A stretch of 64,000 bases of DNA from Pyrinomonadaceae bacterium. Its GTDB lineage: Bacteria > Acidobacteriota > Blastocatellia > Pyrinomonadales > Pyrinomonadaceae. A program made the position numbers and the translations under genes. Below the pieces are notes generated by a model, which did not search any database, was not told the origin of the DNA, and saw only the letters and a program-made list of their open reading frames with translations. The DNA is taken from NCBI GenBank assembly GCA_035248565.1, contig DATFHH010000149.1, forward strand, positions 2,497 through 66,496, in the 5' to 3' direction. Shown one piece after another: positions 56,394-63,654 of the stretch (position 1 is its first letter; every line of letters starts with the position of its first letter).

Positions 56394-57302
56394 TTATCGA
56401 CCCCAGCGCAGTTTGTCGCGCAACACGTCGAAATAGTTTCGATTCATCGGTTGAATGAGATTGAAAGTCGTGCGGCTTTTGCGAATCGTCACTTTATCTT
56501 CCGGTTCGAGGGGAAATCCAACTTGTCCGTCGAGCGTCAATGCAACCTCTTCATGCTCAGTCTTCAGCAACAACTCGATCTCGGCATTGTCCGGCACGAC
56601 GATGGGACGGTTGGAAAGCGTAAACGGACAAATCGGAGTTATGACCACTGCATTCATTGAGGGAAAGATTACTGGTCCACCGGCGGAGAGGTTGTAAGCG
56701 GTCGAGCCTGTGGGCGTTGAAACGATCAAGCCGTCAGCGCGGAACGAATTAACAAAGTGGCGGTTAAGATAAGCTTCGATCTCGATGATGCGGGCCAGCG
56801 CTGATTTGTTGATTACAACATCGTTGAGAACACGATTACTTGTAATGACGATGTCGCCGCGACGAAGCTCCACCGACAGCATGACGCGTTTATCGAGTTG
56901 GTAATTGCCCGCGAGGATCGACTCGAGCGCGCTGTAAAGTTCTTCAATGCGAAACTCGGCGAGATAGCCGAGGCCGCCGTAGTTGACTCCGAGTACCGGC
57001 ACTTCCTGATCGCCGATCGTCCGCGCGGTGGCGATCATCGTTCCGTCGCCGCCGAGCACGAGGATCAAATCGACCTTGTCGGCGAGTTTGTCCTCTTGAA
57101 CTTCATCGACCGGACAGCCGGTCTGGTGCTCGATGCGTTCGCGCTCGATTTCCGGACCACCGACGAGCTGAATGTTTCGCTCGGCAAGCCACACGACCAG
57201 CTCGCAGATCGTCTTCAGGGCGTCAGGTTGGTGCGGTTTAAGGACGATGCCTATCCGCGTGATTGGCGACATTTGCGTTGCAGGATACGCATCCGTGTTC
57301 AT
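56394..57302 (-). CDS. nadK: NAD+ kinase
   Basis: LVLGGDGTMI motif, NxGxLGFL-like NYGGLGYL, C-terminal beta-sandwich domain. ATGA overlap with the tlyA stop. Confidence 0.9.
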   Translation of the reverse strand: MNTDAYPATQMSPITRIGIVLKPHQPDALKTICELVVWLAERNIQLVGGPEIERERIEHQTGCPVDEVQEDKLADKVDLILVLGGDGTMIATARTIGDQEVPVLGVNYGGLGYLAEFRIEELYSALESILAGNYQLDKRVMLSVELRRGDIVITSNRVLNDVVINKSALARIIEIEAYLNRHFVNSFRADGLIVSTPTGSTAYNLSAGGPVIFPSMNAVVITPICPFTLSNRPIVVPDNAEIELLLKTEHEEVALTLDGQVGFPLEPEDKVTIRKSRTTFNLIQPMNRNYFDVLRDKLRWGR

Positions 57303-57322
57303 CCGCGCAAATCCGCGGCTAA
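57289..57322. repeat. Family C element, copy C13 (three words)
   Basis: GCATCCGTGTTCATCCGCGCAAATCCGCGGCTAA. Spans the tlyA stop / nadK start overlap. Confidence 0.88.
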
Positions 57323-58057
57323 TTCATACAAAACGAGGAACTCCACATTTCCTTCCGCGCCTTTAATTGGCGACTCAATCACGTTCACAACTCTCAACCC
57401 AAGCGCCGTCGCCGCACGGTTGACTTCCTCAATCACCCGCGCTCGCTTTTCCGCATTGCGGACAATGCCGCCACTGCCAACCTCTCCTTTACCAACCTCA
57501 AACTGTGGTTTGATTAGCGTCACGATCGAGCCATCATCCACCAGCAACGGAACGATCGCCGGCAGCACTTTCGTCACCGAAATAAACGATACGTCGATCA
57601 CCGCCAGATCAAATCTCTGCGGAAAGTCTTCGGGTTTCAGATATCTCGCATTCACACCTTCTCTAACTTCCACGCGCGCATCGTTGCGCAGTCGCCAGTC
57701 AATTTGGTTGTGTCCCACGTCAAGAGCAACAACTCTCTTCGCGCCATGTTGCAGCAGACAGTCAGTAAATCCACCGGTTGAAGCGCCAACGTCGAGACAC
57801 GTCAGTCCTCGAACGTCGATCTGAAACTCGCGCAGTGCGGCTTCGAGTTTCAGTCCGCCGCGTCCGACGTAACGAGTCGTCGGATCCTCAGCGCCTTTAA
57901 CGCGAATTGTTGAGTTTGTATCGAACAGGTAGGAAGGTTTTTCGACGCGCTGGTCGTTGACGAGCACCACTCCGGCCATCACCATCGCCTGGGCTTTGGT
58001 GCGCGATTCGGCGAGGCCTCGCTCGACGAGCAGTTTATCGATACGCTCACGCTTCAC
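57299..58057 (-). CDS. tlyA: TlyA family rRNA (cytidine-2'-O)-methyltransferase
   Basis: N-terminal S4 domain (RIDKLLVERGLAESRTKAQ) and FtsJ-like MTase (CLDVGASTGGFTDCLL). GTG start. Confidence 0.88.
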   Translation of the reverse strand: MKRERIDKLLVERGLAESRTKAQAMVMAGVVLVNDQRVEKPSYLFDTNSTIRVKGAEDPTTRYVGRGGLKLEAALREFQIDVRGLTCLDVGASTGGFTDCLLQHGAKRVVALDVGHNQIDWRLRNDARVEVREGVNARYLKPEDFPQRFDLAVIDVSFISVTKVLPAIVPLLVDDGSIVTLIKPQFEVGKGEVGSGGIVRNAEKRARVIEEVNRAATALGLRVVNVIESPIKGAEGNVEFLVLYELAADLRG

Positions 58058-58097
58058 AGGACTTACAGGATAATCTTTATCATGTAAATCCTGGTAC

Positions 58098-58349
58098 TTA
58101 AGCGCGTCGCGTCACGGCCCGCGGCGTGTCACTCAAGCGCAACTCCGCGGCGCACTCGTGACACAACCAGACGAGTATGTGTGGCGCATCGGACCAAAAG
58201 AATGAACTCACCTTGCCTGCTACTCTCACCGCATCGTCGACGCGTAACCGCTGCAACGCCTGAATATAAAACGCCCCATTGTAGAAATCACCATCCGCGC
58301 CTTCGTCACGATGAATACACTCCCGCTCACGAAACATCTGCCTGGTCAT
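58098..58349 (-). CDS. hypothetical small protein (Cys/His-containing)
   Basis: 83-aa ORF with ATG start. Contains ECIH and CHEC. No family recognised, so coding status is uncertain. Confidence 0.35.
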   Translation of the reverse strand: MTRQMFRERECIHRDEGADGDFYNGAFYIQALQRLRVDDAVRVAGKVSSFFWSDAPHILVWLCHECAAELRLSDTPRAVTRRA

Positions 58350-58487
58350 AATGTTTCACCATATTCCTCGCGCCACCCGCGCGAAATATGAACGTTATTC
58401 AAGTGTCGGGAAATTGTTACTGTGTGAGTTGAAAAACAGGGCACCCACCTGGTTGGAGTCAGATGATGCCATTCGATCAGGTTCTCG

Positions 58488-59105
58488 TCAATACGGTTTT
58501 TTGCGACCCTCGAATATCTCATCCAGGTTCGAGAGATCGCGCTCGTCGTGGTGATCGGCACGGTTGCGGCGCTCGCGCCTCATCACGCGACGTGCGCGTC
58601 GTTCCTGCCACTGATCGTAAAGCACGGCGTCGCGAATCTGTTGAAGCTGGTCTTCCTCGCTCACGTTTGGCAGATCGCGGGGCTCAATCGATTCTGAAGG
58701 ACGTTTCACTACGGCTCTACGTTTAACGACTGGATCTTTCTTCGGTGCGTCTGTCGCAGTGACAGAACTATCTGCAGGATTCTCAGCCGCCGATACTTCG
58801 CTCATGACGCTTTCATCTACCGGTAACGGGGCTGTGGTGACCACCGGCGTCGCGATTTGAGTACCTAAGTTGGAAGCAGTTCGCAGTCTCAGATACGCAG
58901 CCAACAGTGCCGAACCGGCGCCCAGCAACATCGCGAGCGCAAACGCGCCGCCCAGAAACCAGTGTCTGCGATGTCTCACCCTCGCGTTGATTTTTTCCAG
59001 AGGCACGACTGGCCGCGCCGTCAGAATCGTTCGCTCGTCATCGAATTGCGGCGACAGTGGCGGCACAGAGGTTTCGGGTGAGTTCTCCAACGTGTATTCG
59101 TTCAT
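58488..59105 (-). CDS. hypothetical single-pass membrane protein
   Basis: ~205 aa. Basic stretch then TM helix (HWFLGGAFALAMLLGAGSALLAAYL). C-terminus is Arg/Asp-rich. No family recognised. Confidence 0.5.
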   Translation of the reverse strand: MNEYTLENSPETSVPPLSPQFDDERTILTARPVVPLEKINARVRHRRHWFLGGAFALAMLLGAGSALLAAYLRLRTASNLGTQIATPVVTTAPLPVDESVMSEVSAAENPADSSVTATDAPKKDPVVKRRAVVKRPSESIEPRDLPNVSEEDQLQQIRDAVLYDQWQERRARRVMRRERRNRADHHDERDLSNLDEIFEGRKKPY

Positions 59106-59232
59106 CTTCAATTGCTACTCGGAAATCGTTGCAATCACGAGGCCACGCCATTTTTGGTACGGTTTGAGTGGGGAGAAGGACGAAAATCTTCCGATTTGGT
59201 GCACTAAAACAACGCGCTGGTTGTTGTGATTT

Positions 59233-59247
59233 TTAGCCGCGGCTTAA
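59233..59247. repeat. Family C core (near-palindromic single unit), copy C14
   Basis: TTAGCCGCGGCTTAA. Encodes ..SRG* of dxs on the minus strand. Confidence 0.6.
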
Positions 59248-61155
59248 AAACCCAGTTTTGGCCCGGCGCTCATCCAGCACTTCGATGCTCTCTCGGACGC
59301 GGTTGTAAATTCCGTCAGCATCGAGGCCGTACTTGGCAAGCAGTAACTTGGCGTCGCCATGCGTGATCAACCGATCCGGGACTCCCATTCGCACTACGCG
59401 AACTTTGTCTTGCAGACCATTCTCTTCGAGCAGCTCGACTATCGCTGAGCCGAAACCACCCGCAAGATATGCTTCTTCAACGGTAACGATCAGTCGCTTC
59501 GTTCGGGCCAGCGCTAGCAGCAATGGCGCGTCGAGCGGCTTCGCAAACCTGGCGTTGACGACAGTGGTTTCGATCCGGTCCTTCGCGAGATGCTCGGCAG
59601 CAGCAAGCGACGGATGGGCCATCGCACCGTAAGCGACAATCGCGACCTCGCCGCCATCGCGCAATATCTCGCCTTTTCCGATCTCGAGCAGTTCAGGTTC
59701 GCGATCGATCGGAACGCCGACGCCATTGCCACGCGGATAACGCATCGCGGCTGGTCCGGTGTGCTCGATCATCGTGAACAACATGTCGCGCATCTCGCCT
59801 TCATCTTTCGGCGCCATCAAGATGATGTTTGGAACGGCACGCAGGTACGCGATATCGAGTAAACCGTGATGAGTTTGTCCGTCGCCGCCGGCGATGCCGC
59901 CGCGGTCGAGACAGAACTTAACATTCAGATCCTGAATGCAGACGTCGTGAATGACTTGATCGAAAGCGCGCTGGAGAAAAGTTGAATAGATCGCGCAGAC
60001 TGGGATCAGTCCCTCGCACGACATACCGGCAGCGAAAGTGACGCAATGTTGCTCGGCGATGCCCACGTCAAACGCGCGATCGGGAAACTTCTCGAGCGCG
60101 GTGCAAATGCCCGTGCCGTCGGGCATGGCAGCAGTCAAAGCGACGACCTTCGGGTTCTTTTCCATCAACTGGCTAAGCGTGTCGCCAAATACAGAGGTAT
60201 AAGTCGGAGCTTTGGCCGAACTTTTGTGTGGTTTGCCAGTGGCGAGATCGAATGGACCGGTTGCATGCCAGCGATAGTAATCAGGCTCAATTTGCGGAAA
60301 ACCTTTTCCTTTCGTGGTCAGTGCATGAACGATGACTGGTCCATCCTTGATCTGTTTCGCTTCTTCGAGCGCGGCAACGAGTGCGCGCGGATTATGTCCG
60401 TCAACATAGCCGATGTACTTGAACCCGAGCTCGTGCACCAGCGCGCCCGGCAATACCGCGGCCGCGATGACGTCCTTCATCGTCTTGGCCGCGTGATGCA
60501 GACGCTCGCCGACTGAAGGAATCGCTAACAACTTCTCTTCCACTTCGTCTTTGAAACGATGATAGCCGTGTGCGCCGCGAATGCGATTCAGGTAACCCGT
60601 CAACGCTCCAACGGCGGGCGCGATCGACATCTGATTGTCGTTGAGTACGACGATGAGACGGCTCTTCAAGTGACCGGCCTGGTTAATCGCTTCCATCGCC
60701 ATGCCGCCTGCGAGTGAAGCGTCGCCGATCAGCGCGACGACGTGATGATCCTCGCCTTTGCGGTCGCGTGCGATGGCCATTCCGAGCGCGGCGGAAAGCG
60801 ACGTCGATGCGTGACCTGCGCCAAACGTGTCGTACTCCGATTCGTCGCGCCGCAGAAAACCGCTAATGCCGCCGTACTGTTTGATGGTCGGGAGTAACTC
60901 TCGACGACCAGTCAGGATCTTGTGTGCATAGGCTTGATGTCCGACGTCCCACACCAGACGGTCGCGGGGCGTGTCGAAGGCGTAATGCAGCGCGACGGCT
61001 AGTTCGACGGCGCCGAGTGACGCGCCGGTGTGACCGCCTACACGAGACATGGTCTCGAGGATGTAGGTGCGAATCTCGTCGGAGACTGTTCGTAACTGAT
61101 CGATTGGTAAAGCCCGCAGGTCGGCTGGCGAGTTAATACTCTCAAGAAGCGTCAT
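59233..61155 (-). CDS. dxs: 1-deoxy-D-xylulose-5-phosphate synthase
   Basis: GHTGASLG, GDASLAGGMAMEA (TPP GDG..N), transketolase-like domains. ATG 61155 (MTLLESINSPADL) preferred over the TTG at 61176. Confidence 0.92.
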   Translation of the reverse strand: MTLLESINSPADLRALPIDQLRTVSDEIRTYILETMSRVGGHTGASLGAVELAVALHYAFDTPRDRLVWDVGHQAYAHKILTGRRELLPTIKQYGGISGFLRRDESEYDTFGAGHASTSLSAALGMAIARDRKGEDHHVVALIGDASLAGGMAMEAINQAGHLKSRLIVVLNDNQMSIAPAVGALTGYLNRIRGAHGYHRFKDEVEEKLLAIPSVGERLHHAAKTMKDVIAAAVLPGALVHELGFKYIGYVDGHNPRALVAALEEAKQIKDGPVIVHALTTKGKGFPQIEPDYYRWHATGPFDLATGKPHKSSAKAPTYTSVFGDTLSQLMEKNPKVVALTAAMPDGTGICTALEKFPDRAFDVGIAEQHCVTFAAGMSCEGLIPVCAIYSTFLQRAFDQVIHDVCIQDLNVKFCLDRGGIAGGDGQTHHGLLDIAYLRAVPNIILMAPKDEGEMRDMLFTMIEHTGPAAMRYPRGNGVGVPIDREPELLEIGKGEILRDGGEVAIVAYGAMAHPSLAAAEHLAKDRIETTVVNARFAKPLDAPLLLALARTKRLIVTVEEAYLAGGFGSAIVELLEENGLQDKVRVVRMGVPDRLITHGDAKLLLAKYGLDADGIYNRVRESIEVLDERRAKTGFLSRG

Positions 61156-61214
61156 CTTGGCCGCATTGTACTCCAATCGCTAAGTTTTGCTAACGCGTAG
61201 CGACTTCATGATGC

Positions 61215-61243
61215 AAAGTACTCTACTGTGCTTCGATTGTCAA
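61215..61243 (-). promoter_or_regulatory. possible dxs promoter
   Basis: Minus strand reads TTGACA-17 nt-TACTTT. The -35 is the mirror half of the palindrome shared with the tRNA promoter. The -10 is weak. Confidence 0.3.
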
Positions 61244-61249
61244 TTAAAT

Positions 61250-61277
61250 TTGACAATCCGCGACTGCCGACTAGAAT
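61250..61277 (+). promoter_or_regulatory. sigma70-type promoter of tRNA-Ser
   Basis: TTGACA (61250-61255), 16 nt, TAGAAT (61272-61277), about 24 nt upstream of the mature tRNA 5' end. Confidence 0.7.
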
Positions 61278-61300
61278 TGGTCTTCGCCGAATTGCGGCAC

Positions 61301-61391
61301 GGAGATGTGGCCGAGTGGCTGAAGGCGGCGGTTTGCTAAACCGTTAAGGGTCAAAAGCCCTTCACAGGTTCGAATCCTGTCATCTCCGCCA
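61301..61391 (+). tRNA. tRNA-Ser (anticodon GCU), class II with long variable arm, CCA encoded
   Basis: Acceptor GGAGATG/CATCTCC. Anticodon stem GCGGT/ACCGT with loop TTGCTAA. Variable arm AAGGG..CCCTT. T-arm ACAGG-TTCGAAT-CCTGT. G discriminator plus CCA. Confidence 0.9.
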
Positions 61392-61396
61392 GAAAC

Positions 61397-61495
61397 CCAC
61401 CAAAAAAAAGCACAAAAAGCTCGAATGATTTTCAGGTGGATCTTTTTCGCCTTTTGTGCTTTTTTGTGGCTTGAAGTTTGTGCCTCTTTGTGGCC
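61397..61495. repeat. Family D composite, copy D5 (inverted repeat plus extra half copy)
   Basis: CCACCAAAAAAAAGCACAAAAAGC (61397-61420), then GCCTTTTGTGCTTTTTTGTGGC (61449-61470), plus GTTTGTGCCTCTTTGTGGCC (61476-61495). Ends 1 nt before the gltX ATG. Confidence 0.8.
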
Positions 61496-61496
61496 C

Positions 61497-62987
61497 ATGT
61501 CTGTTCGAGTACGTTTCGCTCCATCGCCGACCGGCTACCTCCATATCGGCGCCGCACGTTCGGCGCTCTTCAACTGGCTCTACGCGCGTAAGACCGGCGG
61601 CAAATTCCTGCTGCGCATCGAAGATACCGATCTTCAACGCTCAACCGAAGAATCCACTCGCTCGATCATCGAAGGCCTCGAGTGGCTCGGACTCGATTAC
61701 GACGAAGACCTCGTTTTCCAGTCGGCCAATGCACCGCAACACAGGGCCGCCGCAAATCGGCTTCTCGAAGAAGGCAAGGCGTATCGCGATTTCATACCGA
61801 AGGAACAACGCGACGACAAACAGGTGAAGCAGACGATCGCCGAACGTGCACGTGCGAATACGATGGAGGGCGTGGACCAGCGCAGCAATCCGTTTCGCGA
61901 GCTATCCAAAGAAGAATCAGATCGGCGTGCCGCAGCGGGCGAACCGTTTGCGATCCGCTTGAAAGTGCCCACGCACGGGCAGACAAGATTTGACGACATT
62001 GTTTACGGACCGCAGGAGCGCAGTTACGCGGAGATTGAAGACCTGGTGTTGCTGCGTTCTGATGGTCATCCGCTTTACAACCTGTCGGTCGTCATCGATG
62101 ACATCTCGATGGGCATCACGCACGTCATACGCGGTCAGGACCATCTCACCAACACACACAAGCAGGTCCTTTTGTACGAGGCTTTGGGCGCAAAAGTGCC
62201 GCAGTTTGCACACTTGCCGCTGATACTTGCTCCGAACAAAGGCAAACTGTCAAAACGCAAGCACGGCGAGGTTGTATCGCTGACAACTTATCGCGATCGT
62301 GGTTTTGTACCGGCCGCATTTCGCAACTTTCTGGCGCTGCTTGGCTGGTCGCCGCCTGAAGGCAAGGAGATTCTCAGCAAAGAGGAGTTGGTCCAGTATT
62401 TTTCGCTGGAAGGAATTGGCCGCGCCAATGCGATCTTCAATTTTCACGAGAACGACCCGCGCCGTTGGACCGACGACAAGGCGCTGTGGATGAATGCCGA
62501 GTACATTCGCACGATGCCGCTCCACGAGTTGTTGCCGATGGTCAAAGCGGAGTTTCGTGCAAACAAACTCTGGCGCGAAGAGTATGATGATGAAGACCGC
62601 GAGTGGTTTAGTAAGACGGTCGATCTAATTCGCCAGCGCTACTTTACTTTGAAAGATTTTTCTTCGCAGGGACGGGCTTACTTTTCCGACGATTTCGATT
62701 TTGATGAAGCGGCAGTCAATAAGAACTTGCGAAAAGAGCCGCAGTTACGCGAGTTGCTGAATGGACTCGCGGACAAGCTCGAAACGGTTGAGCCGTTCAA
62801 CGCAGAGACTGCGGAAGCGGCGTTGCGCGGTTTTGCCGATCAGGCGGGAGTGAAGGCTGGTTTGCTGATAAACGGATCGCGTACGATGCTGACGGGACAA
62901 GCAGTTGGACCATCGATGTTCGAAATCTTCGAGGTGCTCGGCCGCGACCGCTCGGTGCAACGATTGCGAAGCGGCCTGCCGTGGTGA
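61497..62987 (+). CDS. gltX: glutamate--tRNA ligase
   Basis: RFAPSPTGYLHIGAAR (HIGH) and KLSKRK (KMSKS). ATG 61497 (MSVRVRFAPSP). Confidence 0.92.
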   Translation: MSVRVRFAPSPTGYLHIGAARSALFNWLYARKTGGKFLLRIEDTDLQRSTEESTRSIIEGLEWLGLDYDEDLVFQSANAPQHRAAANRLLEEGKAYRDFIPKEQRDDKQVKQTIAERARANTMEGVDQRSNPFRELSKEESDRRAAAGEPFAIRLKVPTHGQTRFDDIVYGPQERSYAEIEDLVLLRSDGHPLYNLSVVIDDISMGITHVIRGQDHLTNTHKQVLLYEALGAKVPQFAHLPLILAPNKGKLSKRKHGEVVSLTTYRDRGFVPAAFRNFLALLGWSPPEGKEILSKEELVQYFSLEGIGRANAIFNFHENDPRRWTDDKALWMNAEYIRTMPLHELLPMVKAEFRANKLWREEYDDEDREWFSKTVDLIRQRYFTLKDFSSQGRAYFSDDFDFDEAAVNKNLRKEPQLRELLNGLADKLETVEPFNAETAEAALRGFADQAGVKAGLLINGSRTMLTGQAVGPSMFEIFEVLGRDRSVQRLRSGLPW

Positions 62988-62990
62988 AAA

Positions 62991-63012
62991 CCATCCAGAG
63001 ATTACGCAGATT
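62991..63012. repeat. Family A half element, copy A9
   Basis: CCATCCAGAGATTACGCAGATT (one substitution in the outer word). No inverted partner. Starts 3 nt after the gltX stop. Confidence 0.7.
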
Positions 63013-63024
63013 AGGGGGCTGTTA

Positions 63025-63654
63025 ATGATGAAGGTGATTATTTTTTTACTAATGTGTGGCGTTGTCTTGGCCCAGAATTCAAATTCATCAAGCACACCGC
63101 CAAGCCGCCAACGAACCACAAATACAAACCGCGCGACGCCGACTCCAACGCCCACTCCACAGCCCACACCGAAGAGGCCCGCGGCTGCACCGCAAGAAGT
63201 ACCTGGCTCCGACGCCGTGCTCGCCGCGTTCAATAGTCTGCTCGATGGCATCCGGCACGCGAACGTCAACGAAGTAATGTCTGCTTACTGGAATTCTCCA
63301 CGTCTGAGTCTTTTCAACTACAACGGCAGTGTGACGAAAGGTTGGGAGCAGGTGCGCAACAACCGCCAGAGCTCGTATCCCGAGATCAAAGACGTGAAGC
63401 TCGACGTGCGCGATGTTTCAGTCACCATGCTCGGACGAGACGGCGCTGTCGTTACTTGCCAGTGGACACAGTCACAAAACTACAAAGGCACGCCTGAAAC
63501 GGTGACCGGCCGCATGACATTGGTTTTCAAACGATTCGGCACAGCCTGGAAAGCTATTCATTTGCACTCTTCGCCCGATAATCCGAATCCGGCAGTCATT
63601 CCGCCGTCGGAACAGCGACCATCTCCGTCTCCGTCGCCTTCGCCCACACCTTGA
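63025..63654 (+). CDS. secreted SnoaL-like/DUF4440-like (NTF2 fold) protein with Pro/Thr-rich linker
   Basis: Signal peptide MMKVIIFLLMCGVVLAQ. ..AYWNSPRLSLFNYNGSVTKGWEQV..VTCQWTQ..GRMTLVFKRFGTAWKAIHLHSS resembles NTF2-like DUF4440 proteins (from memory). Confidence 0.6.
   Translation: MMKVIIFLLMCGVVLAQNSNSSSTPPSRQRTTNTNRATPTPTPTPQPTPKRPAAAPQEVPGSDAVLAAFNSLLDGIRHANVNEVMSAYWNSPRLSLFNYNGSVTKGWEQVRNNRQSSYPEIKDVKLDVRDVSVTMLGRDGAVVTCQWTQSQNYKGTPETVTGRMTLVFKRFGTAWKAIHLHSSPDNPNPAVIPPSEQRPSPSPSPSPTP

Noticed and set aside
56898-57824. 308-aa plus-strand ORF spanning the nadK/tlyA junction.
   Set aside because: Antisense shadow of two well-supported genes, with a Ser/Arg-rich composition.
59208-59225. 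AACAAC-gcgctg-GTTGTT hairpin downstream of dxs as an intrinsic terminator.
   Set aside because: The stem is only 6 bp with a short, interrupted U-tract on the transcribed strand. It is indistinguishable from chance.
61301-61391. tRNA-Ser as a possible integration hotspot or island boundary.
   Set aside because: No integrase, direct repeat of the tRNA 3' end, or compositional break is visible on either side. The flanking genes (dxs, gltX) are core housekeeping genes.
61271-61637. Minus-strand ORFs (75 and 85 aa) overlapping tRNA-Ser and the family D element (HKEAQ/HKKAQ peptides).
   Set aside because: They overlap a well-folded tRNA gene and low-complexity repeat DNA, with no coding support.
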